Source: Candidatus Aenigmatarchaeota archaeon (GTDB lineage: Archaea > Aenigmatarchaeota > Aenigmatarchaeia > GW2011-AR5). Taken from it: a DNA stretch of 64,000 bases. The notes under the pieces are model-generated. The model was given only the letters and a program-made list of their open reading frames with translations. It searched no databases and was not told where the DNA came from. Position 1 is the first letter of the stretch. Each line of letters begins with the position of its first letter. The position numbers and the translations under genes are program-made. The DNA lies in contig JACQID010000006.1 in NCBI GenBank assembly GCA_016198685.1, positions 64,001 through 128,000 of the forward strand, in the 5' to 3' direction. Positions 55,007 through 64,000 of the stretch are shown in pieces.

Positions 55007-56461
55007 ATGGAGGACCGGAAATACATCATAATGGCGCTGCTTTACGCTCTTTTGCTCTTTCCGGCGTATTATGGGTACAAATCCTTCGGATTACCGGAAA
55101 CTTCGGTTCTTGCTGTAGATAATGATGCAACATACCTTGGGACGGTGAAATCCGCTTTATGGGGATTTGCGACGCCATGGCCTTCGCCGGATGTGAGCAT
55201 TTTTACCGATGTAACCCTTGGCTCGGCATTCGCGTTCCTTCCTGTAACAGCGGCTTGGCTTGTCACGGGAATTGATCCGTGGCCTATAATCATATTCCTT
55301 AATACGGCGTTCACCTTTGGCTATCTCGTTGTCATACTGAAAATCATGCAGCGTCTGCTTCCCGCGGGCGAGTGGAAATATGCATTTCCTATCCTGCTCT
55401 TTGCCAATGGGATAGGCGGACTGCTTTATTTTCCTTTGCGGGAGTTTGGCGGCTTCACGGAAGCAGGACTGGGCAATCTTTTCTGGGGCTGGATGACGAG
55501 CTCGGCGTTTTATCAAATCTTCACGCTTTTCACCGGTTTTGCCGCCTTGCTTCTTTTTATGGAAGGCCGGAACTATGCAACTACAGCGTTGCTTTTCCTC
55601 ACGTTTCTTATATATCCTATAGCAGGCGCGCTTTTTTCCTGCCTTATAATCGCTTATTCGTTTTTTGATAATCGTTTCCCGGCTTCCTTAAAGCTGGTTG
55701 CACCCTCGCTTCTTGCGACTGTTCCCTGGGGATATTTTATTTTATTGAATAGCGCGCCTTACGAAAAATTGTCTGCTTTTTACTCTACCGCTATATCATT
55801 CCCGCAGAGTTTCATGATGACAGTTGCGATTAATTCAGGAATTGCGATACTTCTTGCCATCTATGCCGTTTCACAGAAAGGTTTCTTTGACGACAAAAAC
55901 AGGAAATTCCTGTGCGCATGGGCCGTCACACTGCTTATTGGCATATTGCTTCAAACGGCAATCAAGAAAATTGATGTTGCGAAACTGCTTGTAATGTATT
56001 GGGTGCCTGTCTCGATTCTGGCCGGCATAGGTTTGCCAGGACTTGCGGCCCGACTAAGGCTCAAGGCTGAGATTATATTTATTGCAATAATGATACTTTC
56101 ATTGCCATCGCTCATCCTCTTTTACGCTAATAATGGCGTGGTGGTTGCATCGGAAATGGACCGGGACGTTTATGCTTCGCTAATATTTCTGCGTTCGCAG
56201 CCTCAAGGCATAGTGCTGACCGATCCTCGCACCGGAAGATATGTGCCTTATCTTGCGGAAAAGCGGTCTTTGACAGGCGCGCCTCTGCCTGACAATGATG
56301 CAGAAACTGCATATGAGAACTTTCTTGAGGGTGACATGCGCATATTAGAAACAAGGAATATCACTTACATAATGACAGACAGCATGCTTGCCGGCAATGG
56401 CATCGAGAAAATATATTCATCTGGAAATCGGTCTGTTTACGTTTTCAAGAAAGTTGTATAG
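55007..56461 (+). CDS. Polytopic membrane protein, GT-C-like
   Basis: About 11-13 TM segments, luminal DNDA acidic motif near the N-terminus, soluble C-terminal domain; TATA 22-28 nt before ATG 55007. Confidence 0.55.
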   Translation: MEDRKYIIMALLYALLLFPAYYGYKSFGLPETSVLAVDNDATYLGTVKSALWGFATPWPSPDVSIFTDVTLGSAFAFLPVTAAWLVTGIDPWPIIIFLNTAFTFGYLVVILKIMQRLLPAGEWKYAFPILLFANGIGGLLYFPLREFGGFTEAGLGNLFWGWMTSSAFYQIFTLFTGFAALLLFMEGRNYATTALLFLTFLIYPIAGALFSCLIIAYSFFDNRFPASLKLVAPSLLATVPWGYFILLNSAPYEKLSAFYSTAISFPQSFMMTVAINSGIAILLAIYAVSQKGFFDDKNRKFLCAWAVTLLIGILLQTAIKKIDVAKLLVMYWVPVSILAGIGLPGLAARLRLKAEIIFIAIMILSLPSLILFYANNGVVVASEMDRDVYASLIFLRSQPQGIVLTDPRTGRYVPYLAEKRSLTGAPLPDNDAETAYENFLEGDMRILETRNITYIMTDSMLAGNGIEKIYSSGNRSVYVFKKVV

Positions 56462-57469
56462 TTTTTTCCTGAGAATCTTGAAATCATAAACTTTCTCTGC
56501 TCTTTCCCTCGCTTTGCGCCCCATCTCTCGTCTTATGGCGGGTTTTTTTTGAAGCGATCTTATTTTCATGACAAACCCATGAGAATCTTCGGCTAGCATG
56601 CCGCATTTTCCGTTATCAAGATCGGTTATATTCTCGCCGATTCTTGTCGCAACAATAGCCTTGCCCATGGACATGAACTCCTTCATTTTGACCGAGCTTC
56701 TTGTTTCTGACGTAAAGAACCTGCCAAAAGGAACGAGGCAGATGTCCATCAGGTCTATGTATTTCGGTATCTCTTCGTGTTTGACATAATCTACGAATCG
56801 GAATCTGGATTCCAAGCCGTGCGTTCTCACATGTGTCTTGAAATCCCGTACACCCTTCCCGTAGCCGACAACAAGGAATTGAGCATCCTTTATTTCCTGC
56901 GCTATCTCGGTCATTTCCTGATAAGCAAACTTTTTGCCTATTTTGCCCACATATCCTGTTATGCCTATGACCAAGCGGCCATTACTTGCATTTTTGTGAC
57001 TTTTGAATTTTTCCGTATCGACGCCGTTAGGTATGTAAATTACGTTGTCTCTGCCTTTAATCGAGACAGCTATTTCTTCAAGCTTCTTGCTAACAACGAC
57101 AACCTTATCGGCCATTTCCAGGCACTTGAGTTCCCAATAATGTGGGCTCAAAAGTGAAGGCGCATTCAAACGGAAGTCCGTGAATGCGTCATCCCAATCC
57201 GCAACAAGAATGCTGCCCTTCAGCTTCTTGACTATGATAGCGGGAATCGCAGAAGCTGCAAGCGGCGCTGAAGCATAGATTATTTCATCACCGCGTATTT
57301 TCATAAAAGAGACAACAGCCTGCCTGAGAATCATGATGAGTTTCAGAGGGAAAAACGAAGGCCACCAAGGCTGGCTGATCTTCTTTGCGCCTTGCGGAAA
57401 GAGACCGGAAAGCCTTATCGAGGTCGCGTACTTTTCAGGGAGCGCGTATATGACCGCAACATTCGTCAT
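56417..57469 (-). CDS. GT4 glycosyltransferase
   Basis: DWDD, IPNGVD, KMKEFMSMGKAIV. Confidence 0.88.
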   Translation of the reverse strand: MTNVAVIYALPEKYATSIRLSGLFPQGAKKISQPWWPSFFPLKLIMILRQAVVSFMKIRGDEIIYASAPLAASAIPAIIVKKLKGSILVADWDDAFTDFRLNAPSLLSPHYWELKCLEMADKVVVVSKKLEEIAVSIKGRDNVIYIPNGVDTEKFKSHKNASNGRLVIGITGYVGKIGKKFAYQEMTEIAQEIKDAQFLVVGYGKGVRDFKTHVRTHGLESRFRFVDYVKHEEIPKYIDLMDICLVPFGRFFTSETRSSVKMKEFMSMGKAIVATRIGENITDLDNGKCGMLAEDSHGFVMKIRSLQKKPAIRREMGRKARERAEKVYDFKILRKKLYNFLENVNRPISR

Positions 57470-57471
57470 AG

Positions 57472-58425
57472 TTATGCCCCCTCAAAGCATATAGATTTCC
57501 TGTTCTTCTCCCATTGCTCCTTGTACCAGGTTGCTGTTTCGCGCAATCCGTCTTCTATTGAATATCGGGATTTCCAGTTCAGGAGTTTCAATGCTTTATT
57601 GCTGTCCGAATGCATCTGCCATATTTCGTTCTCCCTATACGGAAGCGAAGCTTCGGCCTGGATAGGATGGCCCATTATATCAAGTATTTTTTCTACCACA
57701 TCCTTTATGGGGATGCCCTTTCCGCATCCTACGTTTATTATCTCGCCTTTTGCTTTTCCGGTCTTTGCCGCTGCAATGAGTGCATCGACTATGTCTTTGA
57801 CGTAATTGAATTCTCGTGTCTGCTCGCCTTTAGTCATGCGGAATGTCTGTTTCTTCAGGCACGAGACTATGAGTTCCGGTATTATCCTGTTTGGCGTCTG
57901 CCACGAACCATAGATATTGAATAATCTCAGAACGGTTGCTGGAAACCCGTAAGTATCATGATAGAGCATGGAATAATGCTCCCCTGCCAGCTTGCCTGCC
58001 GAATACGGGGAAGTGGGCCTCGGGACCATATCCTCCCTGAAAGGGGCCTTGTTTACCGAGCCGTATATTTCGGAGCTTGACGCATATATGAAGCTCTTCA
58101 CGTTTGTGTTTTCCAGTGCTTCAAGAAGCGAAACAGTGCCAAAGATATTGGATTCCATACTCGTGCGAAGGAAGCTTTTTTCCCGAAACGGCAGCGTGAA
58201 CGCTCCAAGATGAAATATAGTATCCGGCTCAAACTGATTTATTGCGTCCTTAAGCTGGGGGTCGGTAAGGCTCATTCTTATGATTTGCAGGCTCTTCTTT
58301 ACGTCTTCTACCCTTTCCTCCGATTTTCCTTCATCGACTATAAGTATCTCATAGTTGCCTGCAAGTTCGCGTGCAAGGTGACTGCCCAGAAACCCAAGAC
58401 CGCCTGTTATAAGAGCTCTATTCAT
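57472..58425 (-). CDS. Extended SDR, CDP-sugar reductase/epimerase-like
   Basis: ITGGLGFLG, SSSEIYG, PYSAGK, FNIYGSWQ, REFNYVKD; in an operon with rfbF/rfbG. Confidence 0.8.
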   Translation of the reverse strand: MNRALITGGLGFLGSHLARELAGNYEILIVDEGKSEERVEDVKKSLQIIRMSLTDPQLKDAINQFEPDTIFHLGAFTLPFREKSFLRTSMESNIFGTVSLLEALENTNVKSFIYASSSEIYGSVNKAPFREDMVPRPTSPYSAGKLAGEHYSMLYHDTYGFPATVLRLFNIYGSWQTPNRIIPELIVSCLKKQTFRMTKGEQTREFNYVKDIVDALIAAAKTGKAKGEIINVGCGKGIPIKDVVEKILDIMGHPIQAEASLPYRENEIWQMHSDSNKALKLLNWKSRYSIEDGLRETATWYKEQWEKNRKSICFEGA

Positions 58426-59374
58426 TTCCAACACCGGTATATTTCCTGTACCATGCGATTGTTTTCTTCAGAGAATCTTCCATGGCAAAAGCTGGTTTCC
58501 ATCCAAGCATTTTCAGTGCTTTGTCGCTGGAAAGATATTGGGAATGGATTTCGCCTTTAATTGACTCCCCCCTGATTATTGGCTCGCCCTTCATGTTTGC
58601 GGCATTCATCATCGCCTTTACAATATCATAAACAGTCATAGGCTTTGAGGATCCGAAATTGAACGCCTCGCCGGCGACATCGTCAATTTTTTCTATGATT
58701 TTCATATATGCCCGTACTGCGTCTTCCACGTATATGTATTGTCTTACGGGTGTTCCGTCGGTCCTTATTACAGGCGCTTCGTTTCGTGCTATAGACACGG
58801 CTGCCGAAGGCACTATGCGGCTCATGTTCATGTCGCCGCCTCCAAAGATATTGGCAAGCCTCGTTATGACGACAGTCACCCCGTATGTATTATGATATGC
58901 CTGCGCTATGAGATCTGCGCAAGACTTGGAAGCGTCATAAGGATGAAGACCCCTGAGAGGCGTCTCTTCTGTATACGGTAGTTCCTTCTGATAGCCGTAT
59001 GCCTTGTCGCTGGATGCCACTACTACTTTGATTCCAAGAAGCCTCGCGCATTCGAGAACATTATAAGTTCCGCGAATATTGGTTTCCAGAGTTACCACGG
59101 GATTTTTATTCGCCTCAGAAACTATCGTTTGTGCCGCAAGATGCACGCAGATATTGATATTATTTTTTTCGATGGTTTTTTTCACGAACGTCATATCCCG
59201 GATATCGCCCTTTATTGCTGTTGAAAGGCGGGAATCAAAAACCGATCCGGGGTTATCTTTATCAAACAGGGCAAAGACGGTGGCCCCCTTATTGGCCAAT
59301 TCATTGGACAACCAGGACCCAAGGAATCCATTGCCGCCAGTCACGAGAATATTCAAGCCTTCCATATTTTCCAC
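58418..59374 (-). CDS. rfbG: CDP-glucose 4,6-dehydratase-like SDR
   Basis: VTGGNGFLGSWL, HLAAQ, SSDKAY, PYDASKSCADL, NIFGGGD...RIVP. Confidence 0.8.
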   Translation of the reverse strand: MENMEGLNILVTGGNGFLGSWLSNELANKGATVFALFDKDNPGSVFDSRLSTAIKGDIRDMTFVKKTIEKNNINICVHLAAQTIVSEANKNPVVTLETNIRGTYNVLECARLLGIKVVVASSDKAYGYQKELPYTEETPLRGLHPYDASKSCADLIAQAYHNTYGVTVVITRLANIFGGGDMNMSRIVPSAAVSIARNEAPVIRTDGTPVRQYIYVEDAVRAYMKIIEKIDDVAGEAFNFGSSKPMTVYDIVKAMMNAANMKGEPIIRGESIKGEIHSQYLSSDKALKMLGWKPAFAMEDSLKKTIAWYRKYTGVGNE

Positions 59375-60051
59375 TCCGCCTTACCTTTGCTCCAAAGATC
59401 GTTAAGCATTATATTGTCCTGGTGAGTATTCATGCTTGCCCAGAAGCCATCATGCCTGAAGGCATAGAGCCTTCCCATGGCAGCTATTCTCGGAAGAACA
59501 TCTTTTTCGAGATCATCCCCATCCTTCATCATGTTGAGGACCGATTTGTCCATGACAAAAAATCCGCCATTGATATAATGATCAAGCACGGGCTTTTCCT
59601 TGAAATCAATTATTTTTCCACGAGAGTCCATTTTTATTATGCCGTAGGGGGATACGAGCCTTACAGCCGTCACGGTCACCAGCGCATTGTTTTTCTTGTG
59701 GAATGCGTAGAGATCTTCTAGGTTTACTGTAGAAAGATCGTCTCCATAACTCAAAAAGAAGCTATCGCCTTTTATCAATTCAGCGATTTTTTTCAGTCTC
59801 TCCGACTTTGAGGTTTCCTCGCCTGTATCCACGAGTTTTATATCCCATTCGCTGTTATTGAAATAGCTTTCAATTGCTTCTTTCCTGTACCCTAGACAGG
59901 CAATGAATTTAGTATGGCCGAAATATAAGAAATATTTCATCAGATGCTCCATGATAGGCATGTCACCGACGCTCATCATGGGCTTGGGAATATTTTCAGT
60001 ATGCGGTCTCATGCGCATCCCTTTACCGCCGCACAGCATGACGACTTCCAT
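59353..60051 (-). CDS. rfbF: Glucose-1-phosphate cytidylyltransferase
   Basis: LCGGKGMR...PKPM, VDTG, SYGD, INGGFFV, FRHDGFWASM, W..GKAEWK.W. Confidence 0.88.
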   Translation of the reverse strand: MEVVMLCGGKGMRMRPHTENIPKPMMSVGDMPIMEHLMKYFLYFGHTKFIACLGYRKEAIESYFNNSEWDIKLVDTGEETSKSERLKKIAELIKGDSFFLSYGDDLSTVNLEDLYAFHKKNNALVTVTAVRLVSPYGIIKMDSRGKIIDFKEKPVLDHYINGGFFVMDKSVLNMMKDGDDLEKDVLPRIAAMGRLYAFRHDGFWASMNTHQDNIMLNDLWSKGKAEWKIWKA

Positions 60052-60074
60052 ATCTAAAGCTAATAATAAGCCTT

Positions 60075-61154
60075 TTAATGCCTAACGCGAAGAACGGAAT
60101 CGTACAGCTTTTCAAGTTTACCGGCCTGAACTTTCTCGTTGAATTCCCTTTTGATTTTGCGGTTTGCCGCCCTGCCGAAAGCTATCCTTTTTTTGGCATC
60201 AAGAGCAAGCTCTTTCATGCGATCTGCTAATTTTTCTATATCCTTCTCAGGGACCAGAAAGCCCGTTTTTCCGTCATCTATTATTTCTGGAATATCGCTG
60301 TGAAGCGTGGATATGCAAGGAAGGGAAAGAGACGAGGCTTCCATCAGGGTCACAGGCGTTCCTTCCATATCGCCATTCGATGCTCTGATACTCGGAAGGA
60401 CAAAAACGTCTGCTGAAAGCATCTCGTTTCTTACAATTGTTCTTGGCTCTAGAGACGAAAAATTATCAATGAATTTAATGTCCGGATAGCCAGCTGCGAT
60501 CGTTTTGAGCCTTTTTTCCAAGGGTCCATTTCCGACAATCCTTAATTCACAATGTATATTTTTCCTGACTTCAAGAAACGCTTTTATAACATATTCAAGG
60601 CCTTTCTTTTCCACAAATCTTGCAACAGACAGGAAAAATATCCTGGATTTCTTTTTTCGTTGAATATATTTTTCGTTTTTAACGCCGAGATGATGAATTT
60701 TTATTTTATCTGGAGGGCAACCGAGGGAAATAAGGCGATCTTTCATGTGGTTGCCAAGAGCTAAAAAAAGCTCACCTTGCTTAAACAACTCGTTGTATCC
60801 ATTGGGGCTTTTTTCCGGAAACCCATAGCAATCATAGCCATAGAATGACGTAATCATGGGTATTGCCGCCTTCTTTTTTATGGCTACAATAGCGCGGCCT
60901 GCCATACCAAAATGCGAATGTATGATTTTTATCCCTTCATGCTCTATTGCGCTTTGGAAGGTTTTTGAAAGGCCAAAGACCTTGAGTCCAATTCTCTCGG
61001 CCGTTGAAAGTGAATATATTTTTGCCTCAGGGAAGTGTTTAGTGGATTGGGCGGCAAGAATGATCGGGCTGTAACGTTTTGCGTTCTTCACTTGCGAATA
61101 GATGAAAGTCTCGGATGGGTTCAGCCATTTGTGAACAAAATGTGCGACTTTCAA
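60075..61154 (-). CDS. GT4 glycosyltransferase (WcaL-like)
   Basis: HSHFG, FYGYD, VARFVEKKG, GDMEGTPVTLMEA, HSDIPE. Confidence 0.92.
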   Translation of the reverse strand: MKVAHFVHKWLNPSETFIYSQVKNAKRYSPIILAAQSTKHFPEAKIYSLSTAERIGLKVFGLSKTFQSAIEHEGIKIIHSHFGMAGRAIVAIKKKAAIPMITSFYGYDCYGFPEKSPNGYNELFKQGELFLALGNHMKDRLISLGCPPDKIKIHHLGVKNEKYIQRKKKSRIFFLSVARFVEKKGLEYVIKAFLEVRKNIHCELRIVGNGPLEKRLKTIAAGYPDIKFIDNFSSLEPRTIVRNEMLSADVFVLPSIRASNGDMEGTPVTLMEASSLSLPCISTLHSDIPEIIDDGKTGFLVPEKDIEKLADRMKELALDAKKRIAFGRAANRKIKREFNEKVQAGKLEKLYDSVLRVRH

Positions 61155-61972
61155 CTTTTACCACCCTTATCAGTCATAGGCGGTGGTATTATCGTTCCTT
61201 GCAGTGCCGTCTTTTCAGCCTTCAGGTATGATTCCATATCCCCTATGTCTATCCAGAACGGAAGCTTGGTAACGAAAGCCGCAAGCTTCTTAGTTTTTAC
61301 CAAAGCCGGAAATACTGATCTTTCCACTTTCTCCTTGCCGCGTGGCAGAATATCATAAACATCGGAGAGTTCCAAGACATAATAACCCGCATTTGCAAGT
61401 TTCGATGCGGAGGATGTGGGTTTTTCAACAAAGCTTTTCACAAGGTCGCATCCGGCCGCCTTTTCGATCTCAGCAATGCCGAATCTTGATATGTCTTCTT
61501 TAGGAACATCGAAAAGCGCAACAGTAGCCGATATCCCTAACTTCTTCCTGCAAGCATCGTGATATTTCAGCATGCCTGCAATGTCGATGTCTGTTATATT
61601 ATCTCCATATGCAACAATTATCTTCTGGCCTTGCAAATGGGTTTTTTCTATTATATGTTTAAGATCGCCGCCTGTCTCTCTTTGCGGGGTCTTGATAGTT
61701 TTTATTAATCCCGCAAATTCCTTTATGTGCTTCACATAATTTTCTATGCTTTTTGCATGGCTCTCGGCCACGTTTTTTTCATCGATGTCCTCTTCCTCGG
61801 ATCCATCCGCTATGCCAAGCAAGATTTCATCGATACCAGGGCATTTTGAGATGTTAGTCACGACCCAGTTCAGCACAGGAACCCCGTGCACAGGTATAAG
61901 AGGCTTGGGTATGCCGTAAGTGAGAGGTCTTAGTCTCGTGCCTTTTCCTGCGGCGAGTATGATTGCCTTCAT
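61151..61972 (-). CDS. Sugar-1-phosphate nucleotidyltransferase (mannose-1-phosphate guanylyltransferase-like)
   Basis: ILAAGKGTRLRPLT..PKPLIP, ETGG, AYGD, FVEKP, WIDIG. Confidence 0.9.
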   Translation of the reverse strand: MKAIILAAGKGTRLRPLTYGIPKPLIPVHGVPVLNWVVTNISKCPGIDEILLGIADGSEEEDIDEKNVAESHAKSIENYVKHIKEFAGLIKTIKTPQRETGGDLKHIIEKTHLQGQKIIVAYGDNITDIDIAGMLKYHDACRKKLGISATVALFDVPKEDISRFGIAEIEKAAGCDLVKSFVEKPTSSASKLANAGYYVLELSDVYDILPRGKEKVERSVFPALVKTKKLAAFVTKLPFWIDIGDMESYLKAEKTALQGTIIPPPMTDKGGKS

Positions 61973-61976
61973 GGAA

Positions 61977-63245
61977 TCACCAGCAGATGCCCTCGAAGTC
62001 TTTGACTTTGGATGCATCCAGCACTTTCTTCGCTTCTATGATAATTCTGCCCTTCATGGCTGCAAAATCGCGGTCTGTCAAGGAAGAGAATTCCTTCCAT
62101 TTGGCAAGTATTAGGCATGCTTCAGCGTCCTTCAGGGCGCTGGCGATGCTGCAGTATGTGACTTCCGGATGGATACGTTTCATGTTGTCTGCGGCTTTCG
62201 GATCATATGCATAAACAGAAGCGCCCTCTTTTTTCAGCATCTCTATGATGGCTATTGCCGGAGATTCACGGATATCGTCTGTGTCTTCCTTAAACGCAAG
62301 ACCAAGAATCGCGATTTTTTTGCCTTTTATAGGAGTTTTCTTCTTCAAAAGCTCCACCAGAACCTTTCTCTGCATTGCGTTGGTTTTCAGTATCTGTTTC
62401 ATCATGCCGGTTTCGCATCCTATCTCTTCGGCTCTGTGTTGCAATGCCGAAACATCTTTCGGGAAGCAGGAACCTCCAAATCCTGCGCCAGCTTCTAGGA
62501 AATGAGGTCCTATGCGCTTGTCCTTGCCAATGGCGTTTGCCACGTCATAGGCATCTATCCCCAGCTTCTTGCATATATTGCCGATTTCGTTTATCATGGA
62601 TATTCTTGATGCAAGAAAAACATTTGATGCGTATTTTATCATTTCCGCTGCAGATAATTTCGTTCTTATGACCGGTGCGCCAAAGCTCTCGTAAAGCTTT
62701 GAGAGAGCATCTCCGGATTTCTTGTCCAATTCGCCTATAACTATCCTATCCGGATGGAGGAAATCTTCAAGCGCCTTGCCCTCCCTAAGAAATTCAGGAT
62801 TCATGCAAAGACCGAAATTTTTTGAATGCTTCTGAAGTATTGGAAGAACAATGGTTTCCGTTGTGCCCGGAACAACAGTCGATTTCACAACAACAATGTG
62901 GTCTTGCTTGGCTTTCATCGCAATGCCCACTTCTGCGCTTGCATCCTTAATGTAATCAAGGTTTATCTTGCCTGAATCATCTGACGGCGTGCCTACGCAG
63001 ATGAATGTTATATCACTGTTTTCAACTGCGTAGGAAGTGTCGGAAGTCGCTTCAAGGAGTCTTTTCGAAAGAGCTTCAGAAAGCGCCTCCTCTATTCCCT
63101 CCTCATAAAAATAAGATTTCCCCTTGCTTACAGCATCAAGTTTGGACTGATCCCTGTCCACGCATATTACCCGATGGCCCTTGCTGGCAAAGCCCGCCGC
63201 CGTCGAGAGACCGACATAGCCTGTACCAATAATGGATATATTCAT
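61977..63245 (-). CDS. ugd: UDP-glucose/GDP-mannose 6-dehydrogenase
   Basis: IGTGYVG, CVGTP, KSTVVPGT, NPEFLREG, GFGGSCFPKD, GLAFK.DTDD.R.SP. Confidence 0.93.
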   Translation of the reverse strand: MNISIIGTGYVGLSTAAGFASKGHRVICVDRDQSKLDAVSKGKSYFYEEGIEEALSEALSKRLLEATSDTSYAVENSDITFICVGTPSDDSGKINLDYIKDASAEVGIAMKAKQDHIVVVKSTVVPGTTETIVLPILQKHSKNFGLCMNPEFLREGKALEDFLHPDRIVIGELDKKSGDALSKLYESFGAPVIRTKLSAAEMIKYASNVFLASRISMINEIGNICKKLGIDAYDVANAIGKDKRIGPHFLEAGAGFGGSCFPKDVSALQHRAEEIGCETGMMKQILKTNAMQRKVLVELLKKKTPIKGKKIAILGLAFKEDTDDIRESPAIAIIEMLKKEGASVYAYDPKAADNMKRIHPEVTYCSIASALKDAEACLILAKWKEFSSLTDRDFAAMKGRIIIEAKKVLDASKVKDFEGICW

Positions 63246-63291
63246 GAATATCCTTTTTGCGAAAAGGTTTTTATAGCATCAGAGAGTGGCC

Positions 63292-63774
63292 TTACTGATT
63301 GCAATAGATGGATTTTATTTTATCTATCATGCTGGTTGTTGATTTGCCCGGAACTGCGGGAATTAGAACTACGTTGCCGCCGTTTTTCTCAACCGCATCC
63401 TGTTCAAGAAGAGGAAGCTTATAATCGCCGCCCTTAGCGTGTATAGCAGGCTTGATCTTTGCAAGCCAAGTCCTTGGATCTTTTTCCGCAAATGGAAAGA
63501 CGTAATCAACGAATTCCAGCGCAGACAAAAGCTCCATGCGGTCTTCGAGGGCCACTATAGGCCTTTTATCGCTTTTGTATGCCTTTACAGATTCATCGGT
63601 ATTAACGCCGACTATAAGAATATCGCCTAGTTTTTTGGCTTCCTTAAGGTATCGCACATGGCCCGCATGTAGAATATCAAATGCCCCGTTTGTTGTTATT
63701 ATTTTTTTCCCTTGGGCTTTCAGATTTGCCGCCATCCCGGCAATTTCGTCCACAGTGCCTATTTTGCCGTTCAT
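63292..63774 (-). CDS. hldC: D-glycero-beta-D-manno-heptose 1-phosphate adenylyltransferase (HldC/RfaE domain II)
   Basis: TNGAFDILHAGHVRYL, VGVNTD, RPI, KGGDY, GKSTT. Confidence 0.9.
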   Translation of the reverse strand: MNGKIGTVDEIAGMAANLKAQGKKIITTNGAFDILHAGHVRYLKEAKKLGDILIVGVNTDESVKAYKSDKRPIVALEDRMELLSALEFVDYVFPFAEKDPRTWLAKIKPAIHAKGGDYKLPLLEQDAVEKNGGNVVLIPAVPGKSTTSMIDKIKSIYCNQ

Positions 63775-64000
63775 GCGGTAGCCATCCCGTAAAGTTCCTT
63801 TTCCATCATTTCACAGGCTATATGAATTATCGCGGTATGGGATTCCTGTATTCTTGGGGTGCTGTCTGAAGGCACGCGTATCTCCACATCGCAAAGTCCT
63901 GCCGCCTTGCCGCCGGTCCTTCCAGTCAGGCATGCCGTTCTTGTACCCATATATTTTGCCTTTGCAAGGCCTTTCAGTACATTCTCGGAATTGCCGCTTG
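63771..64000 (-). CDS. gmhA: Sedoheptulose-7-phosphate isomerase, C-terminal part (not in ORF track; 5' end outside window)
   Basis: Manual translation SGNSENVLKGLAKAKYMGTRTACLTGRTGGKAAGLCDVEIRVPSDSTPRIQESHTAIIHIACEMMEKELYGMATA*; stop overlaps the hldC ATG. Confidence 0.92.
   Translation of the reverse strand, partial: SGNSENVLKGLAKAKYMGTRTACLTGRTGGKAAGLCDVEIRVPSDSTPRIQESHTAIIHIACEMMEKELYGMATA

Noticed and set aside
81-63869. The many 60-290 aa ORFs antisense to or nested in the genes above (e.g. 2921-3787, 5591-6370, 44044-44826, 46779-47483)
   Set aside because: They are shadow frames of well-supported genes, with no recognisable motifs or translation signals.

Overview
Archaeal chromosomal window with compact gene packing and TATA-type promoters. 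A DPANN-like lineage (e.g. Aenigmarchaeota) is my inference, not proven. 1-1.2 kb: thiolase (5'-truncated) and DUF35. 1.2-7.3 kb: a replication locus with an AT-rich intergenic region carrying five ORB-like boxes (probable oriC), cdc6/orc1, a DP1 (PolD small subunit) homologue whose phosphoesterase metal ligands are largely destroyed, a Pol-delta-like family B polymerase ending in a PolD-DP2-type Cys4 zinc finger, a small basic protein, and a 58-aa histone-fold gene missed by the ORF track. 7.3-13.4 kb: TctA-like transporter, Zn-ribbon/wHTH protein, NAC, SecDF and geranylgeranyl reductase. 13.4-64 kb (continuing past the window end): a cluster of about 51 surface-glycosylation genes. It includes a naturally split AglB/STT3, several other GT-C enzymes, GT2/GT4/GT9 transferases, dTDP/CDP/GDP/UDP-sugar and ADP-heptose pathways, tailoring enzymes, and two ribbon-helix-helix/dead-nucleotidyltransferase fusions. 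The headline candidate is an origin-linked pair of inactive DP1 plus PolB-with-DP2-type zinc finger, i.e. an archaeal replicase built like eukaryotic Pol alpha/delta/epsilon (B-family catalytic subunit plus inactive B subunit). I found no rRNA, tRNA, CRISPR array or transposase. All family assignments come from motif recognition by eye; no database search was run.
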